Of a DNA stretch of 64,000 bases, positions 41,056 to 53,774 are shown piece by piece (position 1 is the first letter of the stretch; each line of letters starts with the position of its first letter). Under the pieces are notes generated by a model, which saw only the letters and a program-made list of their open reading frames with translations, was not told where the DNA came from and searched no databases. Source of the DNA: Octopus vulgaris. Taxonomy: Eukaryota. The stretch is taken from NCBI GenBank assembly GCA_951406725.2, contig CATOCA020000001.1, positions 4,402,001 to 4,466,000 of the forward strand, given 5' to 3'. Made by a program: the position numbers and the translations under genes.

Positions 41056-43068
41056 AGAGTCCACATTGGCGCACTTGATGCCATCTTTGAGAACGAGCGG
41101 GGCAAAGATGGCAAGAATGGAGACGATGAAAGAAGTCACCCCCACCTGGTGGAGGGAGGAGGTTTTGAGTGAAGAAACCTGCCCGGGAAAGTGATCCCAG
41201 GTGCAAGTTCTCCAACCGGCAGCAAGGGCCATGGAGACGGAGAACCCGGTGAAGATGTGGGAGGAGGAAGAACTAAAAGAAGGACTGGAATGTAAACTAA
41301 AGGAAAAGCTCAAGCAGGACCAAGGGTGGAAACAACCAGGAATAGAATGGAACCGCAAAGATGGAAAGTCAAACAGCGCACACGGGTGTGTAGGTTCACC
41401 TGAGAGGTTCCTGTTGGCATGGAAAGCAAGATGCAGGCTGCCGCTTTGCACATCGGGGACCCTGCCACAGAGACACAGAGGCAGATGGACAAACCATCAA
41501 CACAAGGAAGAAAGGATGGACCACGCACCACCTGCCCCAAAGCGGAGGTACGCAGATGTTGTGCATGCCACAAACCGCCAACATGATGTTGTCCGAAAGG
41601 GCAGCTGCTGAGCAACAATCTTTTTTGTGCATGGCACAAATAGATTGTACAACAGCCTGACCTGGCTTCATCAAACCCAAGCCTGCAGGTGGGACTACCC
41701 ACTATATACAAGACCACCACAGCATTAACAGACCCAGGATGGACACCGCCGGCAACAACGTACACCTCACCTCGATGCTTCAACTGAACATCAGAGGGCT
41801 GCAAACACTCAGTAACAGGACAAAAATCCCGTTCCTGACAGACTTTGTTGCATGCAATCAAGCCTTATGCATAGCACTTACGGAAATGCACCTTGAAACC
41901 GGACATAGCAGATGCGGAGTTACACATACCACAGTATGCTGTACTACGGACCGACAGAAAAGAAAGGAGTCATGGAGGTGTTGCTATGTACATCCGTGAG
42001 GACCTCACACCCCAGGTCCTCTTGTCATACTCAAACTCGGTGTGTGACACACTAATTGTACATATTAGGCAACTTGGAAGTTGTGTGTACATGTATCGCC
42101 CTCCAGATGCCCCAAGCCATGTGGGCAAGTTTGAAGACTGCCTTATAAAAATAGAAGAATTCTAACCACATTAGAACAACACATAAGATGTACTTCTTAT
42201 GGAGACTTCAATCTGCCCAGTGTCAGATGGCCCGAGAGCTCTTCCTCTCCCAAGAATGACAAGATGTGAACGAGGACAGGCGTTGTCCCTCCTGAACCTC
42301 ATCAACACCCTGTACATGGAGCAGGTAATACTCCAACCAACCAGGGCAGGTAACACACTGGATCTCTGCTTCACAAATGACATGGATCTCATCTATAATG
42401 TGAAAGTGACACCGACACTCTCTCGGATCACACATGATAGAGCTGACCAAATACGCCAAAGAAGAGAGCACGGACATGCAGCCTACAAGAAACCCTCAGA
42501 ATCTTTCCAGCTTGAACTACCATAAGGCAAACTGGAAACAAATTGAGAAAGAGATCCTCAAACAAAACTCGCCTAAATGTCTCCTCGCCAGACATCGACG
42601 TGAAACTTCAACAATTCATGTCTGTAATGCAAGCCATATGCTACAAATGTCCCAGAGAGAAAGGCCACTGTACACAAGAACAAAATCCCCAGAGAGAGGA
42701 AAATTTTAATGAGACGGCGTACAAAATTTTCAAATCGCCTAAGCAAACAGATTGAAAGCAGTGAAAAGTCCCGCCTAAAAATAAAACTGTTGGAAATCGA
42801 AAAATGTCTGCAACTCTTCATGAAAAAGAAAGAGCAGACAAAGCAGTTCATATAGACAACATAAAATCTAACCCCAGAGCTTTCTACAGGTATGCCAAAG
42901 AAACAGCTACGGTGCACTGTAGAATAGGGCCACTCCTCGAAAAGGATGGCACACTGTACAGGAAAACCAATGAGGGTAAGTGAAATACTGAATGAGCAAT
43001 ATATAAGAGTGTTTGTAATTGGGCATCTCCAAATCACCAATCCAACTGACTTTGTTTTACCACTGCAG
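41056..43068 (+). mobile_element. 5' half of the same LINE (CCCH region plus endonuclease) at the same target site; 3' half missing or garbled
   Basis: Begins after tttttaaccggttac, is near-identical to 35373-37420, then merges into microsatellite. Confidence 0.92.
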
Positions 43069-43729
43069 ATATATATGTGTGTGTATGTATATATGATGTA
43101 CATGTGATATGTATATATATATGTGTGTATGTATATATATGTGTGTTTGTGTGTGTATGTATATATATGTGTGTGTGTGTGTGTAAGTATGGATATATGT
43201 GTGTGCATGTGTGTGTCCTATGTACTATATATGTTCGTGTGTGTATGTATATATATGTGTGTGTGTGCATGTATATATATGTGTGTGTGTGTATGCCCCA
43301 TTATATGTGTGTGTGTATGTATATATATATATATATTATTATTTATTTATCTAAAGGTTTATTATATACATATATATATGTATGTGTGTGTGTATGTATA
43401 TATATACATATATGTTATTATTTATTTATCAGGGAGAAGGTTTATTATATACATATATATATATATATGTATGTGTGTATGTATATATATATGGAAGTGT
43501 GTATGTAATTATCTAAAAAGGCCTTATTATAAAGTCGATCATGGATATGTTATGTACTGTGTATCTTATCATAGTTGGAAAACTGGGAGAATATCCATGA
43601 CTGTGTGTGCTGTATATAAGTCAGTGTGTGTGTATGTATATATCCATATATATATGTTATTATTTATCTAAAGGTTTATTATATACATATATATATATAT
43701 GTATGTGTGTATGTATATGAGGACATATA

Positions 43730-43767
<38 letters not shown>

Positions 43768-46375
43768 CAAAACTAAATATATATTTGTGTGTGTGTGTTT
43801 CATTTTCGTCTCTGTTGCGTTGCATTCTTTCCTTCTGTGGCTGGCTGATTCGGAGCGGATCTCAGAATTAAACAGCCGAAATCTGCGATGAGGGATCAGT
43901 TTCTGACTGAAGAATGAAGGCTTTGAATGAACCGTTTGTCTTTTTGTTCGTCCCTTCGTGTATTTCACGTTATTTATTTATGTAAAGGTTTATTATATAT
44001 TTCGCAGCGTACACGAAGCATAATAACTTCTTTATGTTTATCATATCAAAACCCCTGCACGATGTCTTTAAACTATTTTCTTTCCTTCGCCATTGCTTCG
44101 TTGCCAAATTGTTTTGGCGCCTTTTTCTCCCAGCCTCTCTGATTCCTTCTCTCCCTCTCTCTCTTCATCACTGCTTCCTCTGATTCCTTCTCTCCTCTCT
44201 CTCTCTCGGTCACTGCTTCTGTCCTCGCCTTTTACCCTCCTTGGTCCCTTCTCTCTCTTAACCCCAGCCCCCTCCTCTTTCTTACCCTCTTGCGACTTGC
44301 TGCCTCAGATGCCATTCTCTTTTCATCGGCCACTTGTTCAACATGTGTCTTATCACCGAAAAGTTATATATTTTTCCACGCTTGCTGATATTGTTCTTGT
44401 GTCTCTCTTTTTTTGTGTTAAAGCCATAGTGTGCGCCTGGTGTCATCCATGTTTTTAACCGTTACTGTCTCCAAAAAAGATTTTTCGTTTCATGTTCGTC
44501 TCTGTTGCGTTGCATTCTTTCCTTCTGTGGCTGGCTGATTCGGAGCGGATCTCAGAATTGAACGGCCGAAATCTGCGATGAGGTATCAGTTTCTGACTGA
44601 AGAATGAAGGCTTTGAATGACCCGTTTGTCTTTTTGTTCGTCCCTTCGTGTATTTCACGTTATTTATTTATGTAAATATTATGTGTGTAAGTATATATGT
44701 GTGTGTGTGTGTATGTATATATATGTGTGTGTGTGTATGTATATATATGTGCGTGTGTGCATGTATATATATGTGTGTGTGTCTGTATATATGTGTGTGT
44801 GTATGTATATATATATATATATGTGTGTGTATGTATATATATGTGTGTGTGTGTATGTATATATATGTGTGTGTGTGTATGTATATATATGTGTGTGTGT
44901 GCATGTATATAATTATATGCATATATATATATGTGTGTGTGTGTATATATGTATATATATATATGTTATTATTTATTTATCCAAAGCTTATTATATGCAT
45001 ATATATATATATATGTGTATGTGTGTATGTTTATATATGTGTGTGTGTATGTATATATATATATATATGTTATTATTTATTTATCTAAAGGTTTATTATA
45101 TATATATTTATATATGTATGTGTGTATGTATATATTTGTGTGTGTATGTATATATATATGTGTGTGTGCATGTATATATATGTGTGTGTGTATGTATATA
45201 TATATATATATGTTATTATTTATTTATGCAAAGACTTATTATATACATATATATATATATGTGTGTGTGTATGTATATATATATATATATGTTATTATTT
45301 ATTTATCTAAAGGTTTATTATATACATATATATATATATGTATGTGTGTGTGTATGTATATATATGTGTGTGTGTATGTATATATATATATATATATGTT
45401 ATTATTTATTTATGTAAAAGTTTTATTATATACATATATATATATATGTATGTGTGTATGTATATATATGTGTGTGTGTGTGTGTATGTATATATATGTG
45501 TGTGTGTGTTTCATGTTCGTCTCTGTTGCGTTGCATTCTTTCCTTCTGTGGCTGGCTGATTCGGAGCGGATCTCAGAATTAAACAGCCGAAATCTGCGAT
45601 GAGGGATCAGTTTCTGACTGAAGAATGAAGGCTTTGAATGACCCGTTTGTCTTTTTGTTCGTCCCTTCGTGTATTTCACGTTATTTATTTATGTAAAGGT
45701 TTATTATATATTTCGCAGCGTACGTGCATAATAACTTCTTTATGTTTATCATATCAAAACCCCTGCACGATGTCTTTAAACTATTTTCTTTCCTTCGCCA
45801 TTGCTTCGTTGCCAAATTGTTTTGGCGCCTTTTTCTCCCAGCCTCTCTGATTCCTTCTCTCCCTCTCTCTCTTGATCACTGCTTCTTCTCTGATTCCTTC
45901 TCTCCTCTCTCTCTCTCTCGGTCACTGCTTCTGTCCTCGCCTTCTACCCTCCTTGGTCCCCTCTCTCTTAGCCCCTCCTCTCTCTTACCCTCTTGCGACT
46001 TGCTGCCTCAGCCATTCTCTTTCCATCGGCCACTTGTTCAACATGTGTCTTATCACCGAAAAGGTAATTATTTTTCCACGCTTGCTGATATTGTTTTTGT
46101 GTCTCTCTTTTAGTGTTAAAGCCGTAGGGCGCCTGTGTCATCCATGTTTTTAACCGTTACTGTCTCCAATCGAGATTTTTTGTTTCATTTTCGTCTCTGT
46201 TGCGTTGCATTCTTTCCTTCTGTGGCTGGCTGATTCGGAGCGGATCTCAGAATTGAACGGCCGAAATCTGCGATGAGGGATCAGTTTCTGACTGAAGAAC
46301 GAAGGCTTTGAATGACCCGTTTGTCTTTTTGTTCGTCCCTTCGTGTATTTCACGTTATTTATTTATGTAAAGGTT

Positions 46376-46445
<70 letters not shown>

Positions 46446-46924
46446 ATATGTATGTATGTATGTATATATATATATGTTTATATATATATGTGTGTATGTA
46501 TATATATATGTGTGTGTGTATGTATATATATATGTATGTGTGTGTATGTATATATGTATGTGTGTGTGTATGTATATATGTATGTGTGTGTGTATGTATG
46601 TATATATATATGTGTGTGTGTGTATGTATATATATATGTGACTTTTATCGTAGATGTTCCTGCCGTGACTAGGAACGTGTTCAGACAGAGTGGGACCCCT
46701 ACGATTTTGCTAATTCGAAGCAAAATAATGAAGAGGGTGCCATGAAATCTAAGGTTACAAAGTTTAAAAAGCCTTCCATAAATTCAAAAGGACTCAGTTA
46801 AAACGAATGGCATTTTAAATCTAAAAGGGCCCATTATATGAAAAGAAGGTTGAATAATTTTAAAGGAACCTTAGAATTTTAAAAATTGACAGGTTTAAAA
46901 AAATACAAATTATTTTGCTGTAAA

Positions 46925-47133
46925 CATGGTTCGGGGTTCAGTTCCAATGCGTGGCACCTTTGGCAAATGTCTTCTACTATAGCCTCGGACCGACCAAAGC
47001 CTTGGGAGTGGATTTGGTGGACGGAAACTAAAAGAAGCCCATTGTATATAAATATGTGTGTGTGTGTGTGTCCAGTTACTGCTTGGCAACCGGTGTTGTG
47101 TTTACATCTCCGTAGCGTAGCTGTTCAGGAAAA
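46925..47133 (+). mobile_element. Partial tRNA-derived SINE (copies at ~53571-53774 and ~60152-60361)
   Basis: ggttcagttcc B-box, then gcaaatgtcttctactatagcc...gagtggatttgg, matching the adjacent full SINE. Confidence 0.8.
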
Positions 47134-47509
47134 GGCATAGGAGTGGCTGTGTGGTAAGTAGCTTGCTTACCAACCACATGGTTGTGGGTTCAATCCCACC
47201 TCGTGACACCTTGGGCAAGTGTCTTCTAGTATAGCCTCGGGCCGACTAAAGCCATGTGAGTGGATTTGGTAGATGGAAACTGAAAGAAGCCCGTCGTATA
47301 TATATGTATGTGTGTCAGTGTTTGTCCCCCAACATCACTTGACAACCGATGATTGTGTGTTTACGTCCCCGTAAACTAGCGGTTCGGCAAAAGAGACCGA
47401 TAGAATAAGTACTAGGCTTACATAGAATAAGCCCTGGGGTAGATATGCTCGACTAAAGGCGGTGCTCCAGCATGGCGACAGTCAAATGACTGAAACAAGT
47501 AAAAGAGTA
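47134..47509 (+). mobile_element. Full tRNA-derived SINE with LINE-like 3' tail
   Basis: A box TGGCTGTGTGG, B box GGTTCAATCCC, internal (TA/TG)n, 3' ggcggtgctccagcatgg...cagtcaaatgactgaaac. Confidence 0.88.
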
Positions 47510-48244
47510 TCTATAATTTATCTGTACAGAAATGTAGGAAATATTCGCTGTTGCCATTTCTACGGTTTAAATGTATTCTCTATCTTATATTATTTCTGTT
47601 GTTTCAGAATAATGGAATAATAGAATTGTTAGAACAGAAACATCACCAGAATATATTCATCATCTTTTAAAGACTAAAGGAAGGAATTTTTATACAGAAT
47701 TGATATTACCTCGTTTAATATGAAGCTGAGGTGAAATATTTCCTCTTGGGTGAGATTATAAACAACACTTCTCTGTGTTTGCTCTCTGGAACCTGTACGA
47801 GATAATCTTGCACTCTAAATAAACTTGGATTCAATTTACAAAGGAGATTGCAACGTTTCCAAATTACAGCAGAGATTACAGTTGATGGAAACGTAGCTGA
47901 AGGAATATTTGTCAGGAATGATTTATAACAACTAAACTAGAAGATATATATTTTGGTGAAGAAGAAAAATTATTGAAGTTTTCATGATGCAGAGAAGATA
48001 AAGGATTGATTTTTTTTTCCCCTGAAGAGTTGTCACATAAGTGATGGAAATTATGTGACTGCAATATCTGTAAAAATATCAGTCTCTCAGAGAAAGCATA
48101 TTCATACAGAGGAACACCTTTATCACTGTGATATCTGTAGAAGCTTAAAGACCCAGAAACCTATTCATACAGGAAAGAAATATCCATCAGTGTGATACGT
48201 GTGGTAAACCATTCTTGCAAATCCATCGTTTAACTGTTTACAAA

Positions 48245-49320
<1,076 letters not shown>

Positions 49321-50329
49321 TCATCTTCTGTCTTATGATAATGAGTTTATTGTAAACTGTGCTCATTGGAAAAAGTTGAATGAAGAAATAGAAAGGAGAC
49401 ATATAGTTGTGAACTAAAGACAGCAGTGAAAGCTTGAAGTAGATGCACTGTACACAATAAAACACAAAATGTCCCCAGAAATGCATGCACGGATTGAACC
49501 ACAAAGAGGAAAGAGACCATAGGAAAATCAGGGGTAGTGATGACGTATTTGGGGAAACCTGAAAGTTTTGAAGGTTGCAGTCAACGTATAGTTTATTCCC
49601 CGCTTCACTAATTGTGCACATGAAAAAATATCTCTGAAAGCCATGGGTGCTGCACTGTTTTTGTTTTTTTTTTTAATCTTATAAGCATATCCATGGCTAG
49701 TTGGTATGGACTTCAAAAAAGTGAACAAAGTTGCTGGAAAGATGGCAGATAATCTTGCAAACTTCAATCAAATCAGACATTTGACATCAAAACTAAGGCG
49801 TAAAATGTTATCCTTGTACCATGACTTCTTCGTTTCGACCAAGTCTCTCAAAAATCATTATGTAACTGGACACAAATGTATACACACAGAAGAGGAACCT
49901 TTATTATAAATGAAGCGTGTAATATTCTGTGTGAATTGCCACAATTGTTTGTCATCACCTTTGTAAGGGCCAAAATCTTGAATGGTAACCTCATCAACCT
50001 TTGTGAATATTTATAATGTGAAATCTAAATAAAGCTGTTTTACACTTTAAGTATTCTTCTGTCATTTTGTATGTCCAACATCTAAAACCAAGACTTGTGT
50101 TCTTTCATGCATATAGTGGGGGTGGGGTTCACTTATGAAACTCAATGGAAGGATGCACAATTGCCCCAGATTATTTCCATACCCATCATTATTTATGCTG
50201 TCCCCTAAGCGAATATATGAAGCAACCTGGAGCTGTTTTTGGTGTGTTCTTACATAGGTGAGACTTTGATTCAATCTTGGCATACATGTCAACAAAAAAT
50301 TCATCAACATCATCGTTTAACCTCTGTTC

Positions 50330-50975
50330 TCCATGCTAGTACGGGTAGGACGGTTCGACTGGGGTCTGGGAAACTAGGACGCTGCAACAGTGGCACTTCA
50401 CACATTTCTCCACATCCATCCGCAGTACATGACCATACCAGCGCAAACGTCTCTCTTGCACACCACATCTGATGCTTCTTATGTCCAGCATTTCTCTCAG
50501 GGTGCTTACACTCTGTCGAGCGTGAACACTGACATTACACATCTAGCGGATCATGTTAGCTTCATTTCTTTCAAGTCTACGCATGTCCTCTGCAGTCACA
50601 GCCCATGTTTCACTACCGTGAAGCATACCAATTCGCACACATGCATCATACAATCTAACTTTCACTCTGAGCGAGAGACCCTTTGTCACCAGTAGGGGTA
50701 GGAGCTTTCTAAACTTTGCCCAGGCTATTCGTATTCTAGTTGTGACTCTCTCAGCATCCACCCCCACTACTAACTTGGTCACCTAGGTAGCAGAGACTAT
50801 CAACTACTTCTAGTTTCTCCCCCTGGAGTGTGATGGAATCTGTTTTCTGGTATCTGTGGTGTCTATTGTCCCTGTGCATTTGCTGCACCTGAAAGCTATC
50901 TTCTCAGTTAATTTTCCTTTGATGTTGCTTCACCTCTTATGTGTCCATAGCTTACACTGGGTACATTTTATCAAT
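50330..50975 (-). mobile_element. Degenerate RTE-clade LINE fragment (RT C-terminal region with Cys/His cluster)
   Basis: RIRIAWAKFRKLLPLL...LYDACVR..MLHGSETW...RRLRWYGHVLRM and CTQCKLWTHKR...FRCSKC, with stops. Confidence 0.85.
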
Positions 50976-51237
50976 TCCTACTTACTGGCATAGGTCAAAC
51001 GGTTTGACTGGAACTGGTAAAGCCAGAGAGCTTCACCAAGTTCCAATCTGATTTGGCACAGCTTCTACGGTTGGATGTCCTTCCTAACACCAACCAGTCC
51101 AAGAGTGTAATGGATGCTTTTAGCGTGTCACGTGCACGGGTGCCAGTTACGTGACACCAGCATAGACCACAACTACAAATTCACTTTGCTTGACGAGTCT
51201 TCCCAACATGATAATAATGAGGATGAAGAAGAATTAT

Positions 51238-51644
51238 CAGATCTTCTCACTTTGACCGGCAGATTTTTTAAATAATTTCTTTGTAACTAAACACTTTTAA
51301 ACTTCGTATACTGGTAGAATGTGTTTATAAAACATCTTTTTCTCTTGGATTTCTTGAGAAAATTCTGTAGTTTGTATGCTATTTCTTGTTTAATTTCTCA
51401 CCGGACGTTGTTGTTGAACTTGTTGACAAACAACAGCAGTAATTGTATTCACCTCAATAGATGTCATTGATTGGTTGAAATTGCCAAAATCCGAGAAATT
51501 TAACAAGAAATAGCTTAAAAACTACAGAATTTTCTCAAGAATTGCCAAGAGAGAAAAAGATGTTTTATAAACACATTCTACCAGTATACGTAAGTTTACA
51601 AAGAAATTATTTTAAAAATCTGACGGTTAAAGCGAAAAGATCCG
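51238..51644. mobile_element. MITE-like element with ~165-bp imperfect terminal inverted repeats and aattat direct flanks
   Basis: cagatcttctcactttgaccggcagatt... vs ...aatctgacggttaaagcgaaaagatccg; aattat at 51232-51237 and 51645-51650. Confidence 0.85.
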
Positions 51645-51784
51645 AATTATCAAATAAACTATATAAAGTACCCCAGGACTTATTTAGATGAAGACTGATG
51701 TTGGAAAATAGAATCGTGTGCATGTATGTAAGCTTAACAGACATTCACAAGCGAGTATGACTTTTGAGAGCTTAGATGATGCTT

Positions 51785-52066
51785 TCGACCCCGAAAGGAT
51801 GAAAGGTAAAAGTCGACCTCGGCGGAATTTGAACTCAGAACGTAGCATCAGACGAAATACTGCCGGGCGAAATGCTCAGCAGTATTTCGTCTGATGCTAC
51901 GTTCTGAGTTCAAATTCTGCCGAGGTCGACTTTGCCTTTCATCCTTTCGGGGTCGATTAAATAAGTACCAGGTTACGCACTGAGTTCGACGTAATCGACT
52001 TAATCCCTTTATCTGTCCTAGTTTGTCCTCTTTGTGTTTAGCCCCTTGTGGGCAATAAAAAAGAAT
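51785..52066 (+). mobile_element. Second SINE family copy with an inverted duplication of its 5' part (fold-back)
   Basis: Arms 51785-51863 and 51879-51956 are near-perfect reverse complements; core gcctttcatcctttcggggtcga...aagtacc; A-rich end. Confidence 0.85.
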
Positions 52067-52625
52067 TAGATGCTTTCAACTCGGAGAGGAATGGGCCCCG
52101 TTCTGAGGTCTAAAATGCCACCGAGATCCACTTTGCCTTTCATCCTTTCAGGCAACAGCCTCAACAAGAGTTGCCAGTTAGCAATGCAAAGGGCCAAGAT
52201 ATAATCGACTTAATCCCTGGCAATTAATTGTTTAAGACCTTGTAAAAATGGTCGCACCTGCTCCTGTTTAATTACCCATCCTTGTGGGCAACGGACAGAA
52301 ATAGGTAGGTTTCTTATTGGACTGATAATCAACCGTTTGTAAACGTAATACAAACAGCATTCTTTTATTATGTAGATTTCAAAAAATATAAACCAACGTT
52401 TGTTGTAAAAACCTAGAACTTCTTTCGAAGCTGTTATTGTCCGCTCTGACTTCAGTTCCGTCACATCTTCCCCGTTGACTCTCTATATTAATATGTAAGT
52501 ATTATATACACACAAGCATTTATATTGTATACATGTCATAAGCACGTATGTTTATTTTGAAGCTTATTTTGATGATAAACGTTACTGAAGGTATAATTCC
52601 CTAAATCTTAATATCAAAACTGAAT

Positions 52626-52721
52626 ACCCAGTGCATAACTGGTACTTTAATTTATCGACCCCGAAAGGATGAAAGGCCAAGTTGACCTCGGCGGAATTTG
52701 AACTCACAACGTAACGACAGA
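52626..52721 (-). mobile_element. Fragment of the second SINE family (copy at ~59212-59306)
   Basis: tcgaccccgaaaggatgaaagg...ggcggaatttgaactc matches the 51785 arm. Confidence 0.8.
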
Positions 52722-52723
52722 GC

Positions 52724-52823
<100 letters not shown>

Positions 52824-52899
52824 ATATATATAGTTGTCCAACGTCCCCTGTAAAGGTAACAGCGTCACCCTTTTGCAATGCCCTTAAAACCAAGCACTT

Positions 52900-53222
52900 T
52901 TCAGCACCAGCCCCGCCACCCTTCGCACGAATTCACAAAAGAATTGTGAAAACCAGATCCATAAATACGAAGAACGTGGTTAAGGAAAAATGAAATGTTT
53001 CTCTAATTTCAACCAATCAGATCCATCCATTCCCGACACTGCGGACACCGTCGCAACCGTTTCCTCTTCTTAATTTCCCCAACATCAATATTTGCATTTC
53101 TTTTTTGATGTGGAAACCGAAGTGAAGCCCACTTGATCGAACCCACAGTCGGAAGCGTCTGAACCATGACCACCCTGTCACGTTTTTAGCTGCTATTTCC
53201 AGCAGTTCCCTTACTGGTTTGT
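52900..53222 (+). promoter_or_regulatory. Putative promoter and first non-coding exon of zinc-finger copy 2 (paralog ~59490-59803)
   Basis: Locally CpG-richer; GC box gccccgcc 52910, CCAAT 53013, cggaag ~53150, donor-like CTG|GTTTGT 53217, acceptor tttctgttgtttcAG 54250. Motif inference only. Confidence 0.4.
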
Positions 53223-53774
53223 ATATATTTTTATGTTCTGTTGTTGTTCTTGTTGCTGTTTAACCCCAGGTCGACTCATAGCAGGACTTTTATCGTAGAT
53301 GTTCCTGCCGTGACTAGGAACGTGTTCAGACAGAGTGGGACCCCTACGATTTTGCTAATTCGAAGCAAAATAATGAAGAGGGTGCCATGAAATCTAAGGT
53401 TACAAAGTTTAAAAAGCCGTCGATATATTCAAAGGGACTCAGTTAAAACGAATGGCTTTTTAAATCTAAAAGGGCCCATTATATTAAAAGAAGGTTGAAT
53501 AATTTTAAAGGAACCTTAGAATTTAAAAAATTGACAGGTTTAAAAAAAAATACAAATTATTTTGCTGTAAACATGGTTCGGGGTTCAGTTCCAGTGTGTG
53601 GCACCTTGGGCAAATGTCTTCTACTATAGCCTCGGGCCGACCAAAGCCTTGTGAGTGGATTTGGTGGACGGAAACTGAAAGAAGCCCGTTGTATATAAAT
53701 ATGTGTGTGTGTCCAGTTACTGCTTGGCAACTGGTGTTGTGTTTACATCTCTGTAACGTAGCTGTTCAGGAAAA

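Larger units (their letters stand above)
1..46640. repeat. Complex tandem array, ~29 units of ~1.0-1.9 kb (typically ~1.3 kb): core B - CT-rich spacer - core A - (TA/TG)n spacer
   Basis: The marker aaccgttactgtctcc recurs at ~721, 2036, 3357, 4663, 5938, 7154, 8317, 9625 ... 28521, 44457, 46152. I count 25 empty and 4 LINE-interrupted sites. Length variation lies mainly in the microsatellite part. The array runs off the left edge of the window. Confidence 0.97.

Noticed and set aside
2033-46353. Recurrent 67-aa minus-strand ORF (MKYTKGRTKRQ...) and 70-82 aa plus-strand ORFs in each unit
   Set aside because: Recurrence just reflects the DNA repeat; many use non-ATG starts, lengths shift with indels, and there is no recognisable domain
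1-46640. CRISPR-like repeat-spacer array
   Set aside because: Eukaryotic context, repeats of ~190 bp, and the spacers are themselves repeated
881-46745. Numerous C/V/Y/I/M-rich and H/T/Y/I-rich ORFs, up to 371 aa
   Set aside because: Translations of (TA/TG)n microsatellite, which lacks stops in several frames
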